The notes beneath the pieces are model-generated. The model made no database searches. It saw only the letters and a list, made by a program, of their open reading frames with translations, and was not told the origin of the DNA. Below are positions 11,872 through 20,796 of a stretch of 20,796 nucleotides of DNA, in pieces. The stretch is from Ginkgo biloba (taxonomy: Eukaryota > Plantae > Ginkgophyta). Each line of letters opens with the position of its first letter. Within the stretch, counting starts at the first letter, position 1. The DNA lies in the NCBI GenBank assembly GCA_024626585.2, contig JANKJI020000004.1, positions 35,328,423 through 35,349,218 on the forward strand, read 5' to 3'. The position numbers and the translations under genes are program-made.

Positions 11872-12990
11872 GCTACACAAATTATAATATTTTAGATCTT
11901 ATGGTGCACAAAAAATTGGCTCAGCTCCGCTATATCAAGGAAGATAATAATTCCTTCGATTATTTTTTTACAACACTTCAAAATAAGAAGAATGCAAGCC
12001 AAATTCAAGAAATTAATAATGTAAATGGAGATAGGGTTTTTTATCCAAAATAAACTATGGATGTTTTTCAATCTTGTTTCCAAATAAAATTTTTAAACTA
12101 GAGACCAATTATGGATAGGGAAGAAGCTACTTAAAGATGTATATCCACGATGTCTAGAAGGATCCTAGAGGCATAGTCAAGGTTGTTTGACTTTATTATC
12201 ACCCCCATTGAACTTAAGAAGGCCATGTGATCCATGGAAGATGATGAATAACACTTAATTTTTGTTGGCAATGTTTATTCTTGTACATATGAAGAGGTGC
12301 GATTGCATTTTCAATCTTGTAGAACTATTAACTAAGTTATAATTAAATGTGATATATATGGACATCCAAAATGATACGTGTACATTGAATTTTTGAACTA
12401 GAGGTTGTTTTCTAATGCTAGTCAATAACACCATCAGAGTTGGCCTCCATCGATAACACCTTGAGGAACTTTGTCGACATCTCCATCTATCAATGATGAT
12501 GGAATTAGGTGTCTAAAACAATAACACTAGACCGATGCTAATAGAGATTATTATAGGGTTATTTCAACTGACAAATGATGGAGTTATCATATTGTGAATC
12601 CCAAGACTACAAACATTTGACTATATGTAAAGTGTATATTCATTTCAGACAATTTTGACGAGGAATTATTCTCACATTTCTTAAGATTTATGAAAGGCGT
12701 TCAACTGATATTCTTCTTAAGGTTTATATTGGGCATCTCTCTTAGCAAAAATGGCTGCCAAAATTGATAAAACCAGACCGACAACACTGAAATTACCTCT
12801 ATAGAAGATTGTTATCCACTGATTATAATAATTCAAATGCTATAGTTTTAGAATATGAGAGAAATTTTGGATCCATGATTGGTTGAGATGGGTGGAGTAG
12901 AATTTATTTAGGTTGAGAAACATGTGAAGAATCAATTTATTCAAAAGTCAAAGATGATGTACTTCAAAATTCTATCAATCTAGTTTTTAC
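11872..12990 (+). mobile_element. Decayed LINE (L1/Tx1-like) ORF2 fragment: EN-RT linker, then very weak RT N-terminal motifs, interrupted by a PABN fragment
   Basis: One frame from 11874: AQLRYIKEDNNSFDYFFTTLQNKKNASQIQEINNVNG...DVFQSCFQ...RRILEA*SRLFDFIITPIELKKAM*SM, typical of the ORF2 linker. Downstream, in the expected order: NDGVIIL*IPR (~12574), RRSTDILLKVY (~12695), QKWLPKLIKPD (~12746), D-VE*N..LRNM (~12887), FIQKSKMMY (~12936). The upstream part is better supported than the downstream part. Confidence 0.6.
12234..12423 (+). pseudogene. PABN: Fragment of a nuclear poly(A)-binding protein (PABN/PABPN1-type) RRM, no intron visible
   Basis: [44 protein letters not shown] versus the recalled plant PABN pattern [47 protein letters not shown]. 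RNP2 and RNP1 are both present. Internal stops, one codon deleted, 3' truncated. Confidence 0.85.
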
Positions 12991-13769
12991 GTTTTTTAAT
13001 CAAAGAGTCGAGTTTGTTATATTTTATTAAAAATATAATAAAAATGAGTCTATCGAGTCTGTCCGTGTCAGATTCTAACAATGAGTTAGACTCCAACATT
13101 GATAAGTTCATTAAGTCTTTAACTGTGTCTTATAGTCATTATATACTAACATTCTCCATGAAAGAGTTTGTTGTAGGTGCATTTTAGTTTTTGACATCTT
13201 GTCAATTTGTGCATTGTCAGTCATGTAGGATTATAGTTTTATGTACTTTCATGGAGGATGTCTAATAATTGTGAAGTAGCAAATTGATAGCTACTTGATA
13301 ATTGCAATTAAAAATACTAGTCAGAGAGGACATGTAAAATATTAGTTATAAAGGGCACTGCAACTGTGCTAATTTTTTTGTTTGACCAAGTACTATAATT
13401 ATAATAGAAACAATATTGACTATAACAGATAAATTTATAAAGACAACAAGAAGTGATAATCCTAATAATGAATAGATTTAGATCAACAACACACCTTGAG
13501 TTTTTTTAATCTTGGTTCTTTTAGGGGCGAAGGTTTTTCTTTAAGGTAGGTAGCAAGGACCTCATATTATAATGACAGGANNNNNNNNNNTGACCACTCA
13601 CCCACCAATTGTAGAGCTTAAAGGAATGTGTAGATAGTGAAATCAATGTAAATTTAGAGTAATAGGAAAAATGGGTGCCTCCTCCTTTGAAAATAGGATG
13701 GAAATATGGATTAGAGAGAAGAATGAGTGCCTTTCCCCTTAGAGTAGAGAGTAAAATGGGCACCTCCTT

Positions 13770-13811
13770 CTTAATGGGAATTCTTCATTAAAATTAAGAA
13801 TTCCCATTAAG
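13770..13811. repeat. Perfect 16-bp inverted repeat with 10-nt loop
   Basis: CTTAATGGGAATTCTT (13770-13785) - CATTAAAATT - AAGAATTCCCATTAAG (13796-13811). Confidence 0.9.
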
Positions 13812-14050
13812 GATTGCATAGAAAATGGTGGTTCTTTTTAAAAAAAACCCTCTATTGAGTGTGGTGACCTATAGGAATGGTGGTTGTTATGGTTGTAACC
13901 TAGGCAGACTGATAGATGGCATATACATCATAAGGATGTTCCCAATTTCATTAAAGGTGTATACCCAAGATGGTTACCTAGGCATTCTGGTAGAATATGA
14001 AGGTAGGGATCTAAACTATTTTTAACTTGCTTGTCTCGGGATAAGATTTT

Positions 14051-14256
14051 AGGTGTGGGGGAGTGTTGGATGGTAAATGTTAATATAATATTTTTATGCC
14101 ACTTTATATATTAATGAATAATTAGGTATGGAGGGAAGTTAGAGAGTGAAACTACCTCTGCTACCTACAAATACATGTGTAGGATGTTAAGCAAGGGGTA
14201 TGAAGGAGAAGAGATAGAAATTATATGTATATATTTAGGGAGCAATCACGAGAGCC
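14051..14256 (+). repeat. PPT plus the 5' part of a third, more divergent LTR related to the element B family, cut by a gap
   Basis: AGGTGTGGGGGAG (14051-14063) then TGTTGGATG at 14064, the same start as the 5' LTR. Shares ATGCCACT, ATTAGGTATG and ACCTA(C/T)AAATA(C/T)ATGT blocks with the B LTRs. Confidence 0.72.
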
Positions 14257-14418
14257 NNNNNNNNNNNNNNNNNNNNNNNNNNNNNNNNNNNNNNNNNNNN
14301 NNNNNNNNNNNNNNNNNNNNNNNNNNNNNNNNNNNNNNNNNNNNNNNNNNNNNNNNAAGATGAAGGCATGGATCCATACCACTTTGCACTTATTTGTCTT
14401 AGGATGAGACAAATATTT

Positions 14419-14431
14419 AGGTATGGGTGAG
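14419..14431 (+). promoter_or_regulatory. Polypurine tract of element B (degenerate)
   Basis: AGGTATGGGTGAG immediately before the TGTT of the 3' LTR. Two substitutions relative to the 14051 copy. Confidence 0.7.
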
Positions 14432-14819
14432 TGTTATATGATAAAGTATAATGTAATAATATTATAATGTCATTAGATTATTAATGTCACTATATCATGT
14501 ATTATTATATAATGGGTAATTAGGTATGCATATGGTAGTTAATTCATTAAACTATCTTTAGCACCTATAAATATATGTACATGCTATTGATCATGATAAT
14601 AGATAAGAGAAGGGGAATTTCCTATCGATTATACTACTCAAGGAAGTCTTAGGAATCTCAAGGCTTCCCCTCATCTTCATGAATTCTCTTAGATTCTCTT
14701 ATAATTATACGCATTTCTTATAGATCTTCAGTTATATCTACTTTATCTTCTCACTATATGTTTAATTATAGATACCCTACAATCATGTTCATCTCACATT
14801 GGTCTAATTCATACCAACA
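14432..14819 (+). repeat. 3' LTR of element B (388 bp)
   Basis: Starts TGTT and ends ATACCAACA. Colinear with 10897-11269 apart from two small indels. Confidence 0.9.
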
Positions 14820-14975
14820 TAATCACTCAAGAAGTACTTTAAATTAGCCATAGAATTGAAGGAGAGGTTCTCATAGTTTAGAATTACCCATATTTCAAGA
14901 ATTTACTCATGTGGAATTATCCAAGGCCTATCGTGCTCAACTTATCAACTTATAATGGAATAATAAGTCCTATTT

Positions 14976-15001
14976 TAGTCATTGTCTTATGGATTGAACC
15001 C
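14976..15001 (+). promoter_or_regulatory. Candidate degenerate PBS of element C
   Basis: TAG (TGG with G>A) at 14976 and TTGAACCC starting exactly 18 nt later, the spacing expected for the complement of a tRNA CCA end and T-loop. The tRNA cannot be assigned. Confidence 0.4.
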
Positions 15002-15607
15002 TTGGTGACTTATGATTTTTATGATTTATACCAAGAAGATACTTCCTCTTAGAGTTCCTCCCCTTTTGCTTCTACTCCTCTATCTTGTTTGTTGAATTTA
15101 TCATTATCCATCAATAATTTAGTTTTATCTATCATTCTTGGGCATCCTAAAAATAGAGAGCCATTAACTTAAGGGCCTCTTGCCATAAGAAGGCACTCCT
15201 CTAACTCTTAAGTAAATAAGTTTGGAGGATTCCCTAGACCTCGCCCAATTGTCTTACTAATTAGCCTTCAGAGTCTAATTACCTCCAATATCTCCATTCA
15301 ATGTCATATCTAATTTAATTTTTGAGTAATTAGGTGTTGGTGATCTTCTCCCTATAACCTGGGTTTTTTAGTGATATGACAAATCACAAAAAACACCACT
15401 AGGTTAGATTTCCCCTCCTATTACCTTGGATGGAAATATTGTTACNNNNNNNNNNNNNNNNNNNNNNNNNNNNNNNNNNNNNNNNNNNNNNNNNNNNNNN
15501 NNNNNNNNNNNNNNNNNNNNNNNNNNNNNNNNNNNNNNNNNNNNNNNNNNNNNNNNNNNNNNNNNNNNNNNNNNNNNNCTTGTATTATTAATGGTATTAT
15601 TAATCTG

Positions 15608-16640
15608 GACCATTAGATGATATTATTCCTAACCATATTCATTCATGATGCCAGTGATTGATATGCTATTTTATCTTATTATTTGGTAAGGTTATGGATG
15701 CAAATATGGCCTTGTTAATCCCTTAATTTTATTAGGCTGAATGGAAATGACAAGTGTTGAATGAGTTATTGGAAATTGATTATGGGGTTGAAGAGTCTTA
15801 TAAGGCCTATTCGAATAAATTTAATGCTTATCAACATAAAGTTAGGTCACAAGTGAATGAATAGATTTGAGAATTATATCCGTGCTACAGCTTGTTGGTA
15901 TATATGTCAAAGCAAGTCAATGACTCTAGAGGAAGTAATTCAGGAAATTTGACCATTCAAACATAGCCTAAATATGGTCTCTTAAATATATGTTAAGGTG
16001 CAAGATAATTTTTTTAGAACTTCTAGACCACCCTAGGGTCGTCCACCACCATTGCCCTATGATTTATTATCTAATCCATATTTGATTTATTCTCATCAAT
16101 TAACATTTGAAATACACACTAATTTGCCTCATCCTCAACCTATTTTGATATTAGTAGGTACACTTACTTCTTCCCAATTGGATGAACATGGGGATATTCT
16201 TGAGAAAACACTAGTCTTGAATATAGATAGATTGCCCCAATTGATCAAGAATATGATGCATGCTTCACATCAAGTGGTAGACAAAATATTTAATATCTTA
16301 CAAGACAATCAAGGTAAGTAAAGGAACTAACAATAATAGGTTTAACTAATAAATACTGATGAATAACCCCCTAACATACCAATAGTGCCACTTTAATTGG
16401 GGGGGGGATCAATTACCTAATTAAGAATTACATCTTCCACCTTGATATATATATAAAGGGGGCATAAAGACCATAGATGGTGAGGTAATTATGCCAATAG
16501 ATGAGGGGAAATAAGGTATGTTGTAGATGAACTTGTACCCTTCTACATGTATTATCAAGTGAATGGACATTCCATAGAGAACTAATAGTATCACTTACAT
16601 TATCATAATTATCAGGGAAAACACATTCCATATCAATATA
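15608..16640 (+). pseudogene. Gag remnant of element C with two eroded zinc knuckles
   Basis: MILFLTIFIHDASD*YAIL...W, then QVLNELLEIDYGVEESYKAYSNKFN. Knuckle-spaced YMYYQVNGHSIEN* and YHNYQGKHIPYQY at 16544-16639. Confidence 0.7.
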
Positions 16641-17280
16641 CCACTAGGAATAAGTATAATAATGCATGCAAAGTCTATGGTCATAGGAAAGGCCAATGTC
16701 TAAGGCCAACTCTTCCTAGGCCAACATACCCCATGGTGCCACATGCTAATCAATGACCTATTACTCTTTTATGATCATCTGCATTCCCTAATATTTAATA
16801 CATTCATGTTTATGGCCTAGATATTCAAGGAGTTTAAAAGTATGCCTTATTTTATGGACTTCTAGTTCCACCTCAATAGGGACTAACATATGTTTATCAC
16901 CTGATCACACTCGATCCTCTACTAAGTGATAATAATCCACCATTGGTAGTGAGTAATATCAATATTATATAGGAGGTACTTGACCCAATCCTNNNNNNNN
17001 NNGTAAGAAAGATGATATAAATGATTAGGACTGTCCAATCATTGATGATGTTATGACTAAAGTAGTGACCTCTACATCCTATGCTATAAAGCTATAATAT
17101 AAACTATCCCTCCCAAGGGAATTGGTTCCTATGTACTTATTACAAAAAAACCTTGTATAATTACAAGTAAATATGTTGGTTGAATAGCTATTAAAATTGA
17201 TCCCATCACTTGGCAAGGTGTTAGAGGAAGATATGAGCTAATCGATCTCCTCATACTTCTTATATATTAACATAAACCTA

Positions 17281-17500
17281 GGAGACTTCTTGGTAATGGT
17301 AAGTATCAAAGGTCATATTCTATAGGAGGTGGTAATAGATAGTGGCTAATTAGTGAACATCATCCCATTTCATATAATAATATACTTTGGACTAACTATA
17401 AGTGATTTTGGTCCCATAACTTTGGATTCCTTTAATTCATGATAAGTTCTCCCAAAGGGAGTTTGACACTCATAGAGTTAGATTTCATCGATGTGTAGGT
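17281..17500 (+). pseudogene. Aspartic protease remnant of element C
   Basis: VMVSIKGHIL*EVVIDSG*LVNIIP...FGL...PITL...VLPKG, with DSG at 17338-17346. Confidence 0.85.
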
Positions 17501-18089
17501 NNNNNNNNNNNNNNNNNNNNNNNNNNNNNNNNNNNNNNNNNNNNNNNNNNNNNNNNNNNNNNNNNNNNNNNNNNNNNNNNNNNNNNNNNNNNNNNNNNNN
17601 NNNNNNNNNNNNNNNNNNNNNNNNNNNNNNNNNNNNNNNNNNNNNNNNNNNNNNNNNNNNNNNNNNNNNNNNNNNNNNNNNNNNNNNNNNNNNNNNNNNN
17701 NNNNNNNNNNNNNNNNNNNNNNNNNNNNNNCTTCTATTCATCCTCCCTATAATTAGGATGGGATTAGTCTCTAATATTTTACAAATGAGAAATCCATCCT
17801 CACATGGATTTATGGTGCACAACACCCTTTTTGACAAAAAAGTGGTAACAGTGGTCCACACATAAGAATATGATTTTATATAATAAAAATAATAAAGAAT
17901 TAATAAGGGTATGTTCCTAGCATCCCAATAAGATAATTTACCTTGATTTCCTTTTTTACTTATTAGCACTAGTATGGGGATACATAATGAGGATGATTAT
18001 ATATTCCTATCTTGGAATCTAAAGGAAATCACCCAAAAGGTGGACATTATCTTGAAAATGATGCACTTTGGGATGTCATGTTCCCCACA

Positions 18090-19015
18090 AGATATTGAAA
18101 AATATATATCCCTTTGTTAGGATTTTTGGAACATATTTTTTTGGAACTATTTAGAGCTAAAATTAATTCTAGTCGAATTGGTCCTATTGAGAATTTGCCT
18201 TAAGGAAATCACTCATGTGATACCATAAATATAATGATAATTAGCTCCTAATATCAGACTCTTAGTTAAAGAGGAAATTTAGAAGCTACTAGAAGTTGAT
18301 TTCATATTTAAGGTGCATAATTATCAATGGGTGTCATCCATAGTTCTAGTTACTAAAAATAATGGTAAGATCAAAGTTTGTATCAACTATCGAGATCTCA
18401 ATAAGAAAACTTTAAAAGACAATTCCCCTTGGTGTTTATAGATGGCATAATTTATCAAGTAGTTGACAAATAGATTTACTCCTTTATGGATGGGTATTCA
18501 AGTTATAACTAGATTATGATTGATTTGGATGATTGTCTAAAAATGGATTTTACGTCACTATGGAGAACCTTTGCATACTGAGTCATGCCCTTTGGACTAA
18601 TCAATGCACCAAAAAAATTTTAGTGGACACTATAAGAGGAATTTAATAAATTACTAGAGAATACCATGGCAGCCTATTTGGATGACTATTTAGTGAACTC
18701 TCATAATAGTTATGATCATCCCACTAATTTGNNNNNNNNNNNNNNNNNNNNATGCCTTCTCCAATTATCTTTAGCTATTGAAGTGTATCATGTGTACAAC
18801 TAAGGCCAACCTATTAATATATATTATATCAGACAAAGGCATAATAATTGATATTAAGGTAGTTACAACCATTATTTCCTTATCCCCAACAATAGATTAA
18901 TCATGCATATGGTCCTTGTTAGGAAAGTTTGGCTATTATCAAAGATTAATCCCCAACTATGCCACTGTATCAACTCCCATGAATAAATTGATCAAGAATG
19001 AGGCTAAATTCTAAT
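18090..19015 (+). pseudogene. Reverse transcriptase remnant of element C
   Basis: VKEEI*KLLEVDFI, WVSSIVLVTKNNGKIKVCINYRDLNK, YSFMDGYSSYN*I, TFAY*VMPFGLINAP, YLDD at 18675-18686, SLLGKFGYYQRLIPNYA. Confidence 0.95.
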
Positions 19016-19519
19016 TGATAGNNNNNNNNNNNNNNNNNNNNNNNNNNNNNNNNNNNNNNNNNNNNNNNNNNNNNNNNNNNNNNNNNNNNNNNNNNNNNNN
19101 NNNNNNNNNNNNNNNNNNNNNNNNNNNNNNNNNNNNNNNNNNNNNNNNNNNNNNNNNNNNNNNNNNNNNNNNNNNNNNNNNNNNNNNNNNNNNNNNNNNN
19201 NNNNNNNNNNNNNNNNNNNNNNNNNNNNNNNNNNNNNNNNNNNNNNNNNNNNNNNNNNNNNNNNNNNNNNNNNNNNNNNNNNNNNNNNNNNNNNNNNNNN
19301 NNNNNNNNNNNNNNNNNNNNNNNNNNNNNNNNNNNNNNNNNNNNNNNNNNNNNNNNNNNNNNNNNNNNNNNNNNNNNNNNNNNNNNNNNNNNNNNNNNNN
19401 ATTAAACTTTGAGATTGTCACTAAGGAGAATAAATGACATATAATGATAGAATATTTTATTAATATGATCACTAATAACCCAACCTTTAAGAGGCTAGTT
19501 GTTCCTAAACATGCATCTT

Positions 19520-20762
19520 TTTTAGATGCCCAATTTTTTTCATTAAAGAGCATGATATGTGGTATTATAATATAGTGCACTATCTTCCCACTTATATATT
19601 CTATGAAGGGTTTTCATAATAAGAAAGGCCTAAGGTTAAAATTTAGAGTGGCCATTACCCATGGATAGGAGGAGCTCTTTATTGCTAAAATATGGATGGT
19701 GTACTACTATAACATGCAAACCAAGCATAAATGTATGAAATACTATAATAATTTCATGCTAGAATGTGAGGTGGCCATTTTATTAGGGAAAATATGACAA
19801 GGAGGGTAGTTTGAACATGTTTCTATTGACTAGTATTATTTAAAGATGAATATGAAAACGGGTGGTATTACCCATCTTGTCTCTTTGGACCATCCTCCCT
19901 TCAATTCCATTTATGAAGTAGGTTTTTAGAGTATATTAAAGTCCTAGTCCCTTCTTCATCTAGGCATTTTCATATAAGTATTGTTATAGATTACCTCATT
20001 AAATGGGATAATATGGAACCAACAAAAAGATTCGATACCAAAACTGTGGTTAATTTCATAATAACTAATATTATGTACAGGTTTGATGTCCTTTTTGAAT
20101 TAGTGTTTGATATAGGTATGTATTTTTAGAACAAAATTATGCAGGAGCTTATATAAAAACTAGGGATTAAGCATAATTTTTCTTCTTTATATCACTCACA
20201 TGGCGATGGATTAGCCAAAAGCACTAATAAAGTGATAATAAACATTCTATACTGGATGGATGCTCAAAATAAGTGACATTGGCACTAAAAACTACATCTA
20301 GATTTATGGGATTACCAAACCACTCATAAGGTCTGTCTTGGAGTTATGCCATTCTCATTAGTTTAAGGGAAGGAAGTTAGGCTGCCAATTAATTTTGAGG
20401 TTGAAGCATTCAAGATGAAATTGGTAGACTACCAAGAATTGGGGGATCTTATAACTTCTCTCTTTATCACTACCCTTAGGATTGATAAGTATCAATTAAT
20501 GATGCTCTAGCATATTGAGGCTTGAAAACTATAGTTGCAACATTGATTTGAGATAAATATCAAGAAACAATAGTTTAAAAAGGATGATTTGGTTTTGGAT
20601 TTTGGATAAGGCAACTAAGAAGCAACTAAAGAAGTTTAATTTATTGTGTCTTGGTCCTTATTATATGAGGTAAACCTACTTATATATTATTTAAGTGTGA
20701 TGAATGAAATTATATTATAATAGTTACATATGGTTCATCTCTAAGAAATTCTATCCACATAA
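19520..20762 (+). pseudogene. Integrase remnant of element C
   Basis: WYYNIVHYL, FHARM*GGHF, FY*LVLFKD, IPFMK*, IDYLIKW, NIMYRFDVLFELVFDIG, GIKHNFSSLYHSHGDGLAKSTNK, LWDYQTTHK...MPFSLV*GKEVRLP, FKKDDLVL, GPY at ~20654. The CxxC half of the HHCC motif appears deleted. Confidence 0.93.
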
Positions 20763-20796
20763 GAGGCTATTATAGAGCTTGAAAATATGTCGTCGA

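Larger units (their letters stand above)
10897..14819 (+). mobile_element. Element B: LTR-bounded element lacking recognisable gag/pol (non-autonomous or internally replaced)
   Basis: Direct repeats with TGTT...AACA termini. PBS after the left copy, PPT before the right copy. Flanks GAATC (10892-10896) and TAATC (14820-14824) form a 4/5 TSD. Three internal N gaps weaken the linkage. Confidence 0.72.
1286..19400. other. Multiple assembly gaps (N runs), several exactly 100 nt
   Basis: 100-N runs at 1286, 2860, 4724, 6929, 9303, 11772 and 14257, plus shorter and longer runs. A length of 100 usually denotes unknown gap size. Confidence 0.97.
14976..20762 (+). mobile_element. Element C: decayed non-chromoviral Ty3/Gypsy (Athila/Tat group) gag-pol, GAG-PR-RT-RH-INT
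   Basis: Colinear plus-strand domain remnants (see sub-features). RNase H lies mostly in the 19022-19400 gap; its end (LNFEIVTKENK*HIMIEYF) leads directly into integrase. Left boundary uncertain. Confidence 0.9.

Noticed and set aside
14976-15001. tRNA gene on the minus strand (GGGTTCAATCC T-loop-like)
   Set aside because: Only the 3' arm-like portion is present with no cloverleaf; better explained as a PBS.
16052-16321. 89-aa ORF as an independent gene
   Set aside because: Lies between the gag core and the zinc knuckles of element C, so best read as variable gag linker.
16392-16423. G9 run with short flanking inverted AT-rich arms
   Set aside because: A single G tract within the gag region; insufficient for a G-quadruplex or PPT call.
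1207-19580. Many ORF-track entries containing X runs
   Set aside because: Their length is an artefact of reading through N gaps.
1-20796. Prokaryotic systems (CRISPR array, retron, DGR, operons) suggested by RT domains and repeats
   Set aside because: The RTs have Ty3/Gypsy gag-PR-RT-RH-INT or LINE context. There is no regularly spaced repeat-spacer array and no intact ORFs.

Overview
AT-rich eukaryotic draft-assembly DNA with many N gaps, probably from a large-genome land plant (a gymnosperm would fit; host assignment is inference). It is a nested graveyard of old retroelements with no intact protein-coding or RNA gene. Element A (~1789-6928, - strand) is a decayed Ty3/Gypsy Tat-type LTR retrotransposon with the order GAG-PR-aRH-RT-RH-INT, i.e. 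an extra archaeal-type RNase H placed upstream of RT. Element B (10897-14819, +) is a ~3.9 kb LTR-bounded unit: two ~380-bp LTRs at ~80-85% identity by hand alignment, PBS, PPT and a 4/5 TSD. Its interior has no recognisable gag/pol. It holds a decayed LINE ORF2 joined in frame to an uninterrupted fragment of a host nuclear poly(A)-binding protein (PABN/PABPN1) RRM, plus a third related LTR start. Element C (~15.0-20.8 kb, +) is a decayed Athila/Tat-group Ty3/Gypsy gag-pol. All domain calls come from manual translation and motif recognition; no database searches were run. Links that cross N gaps depend on scaffolding.
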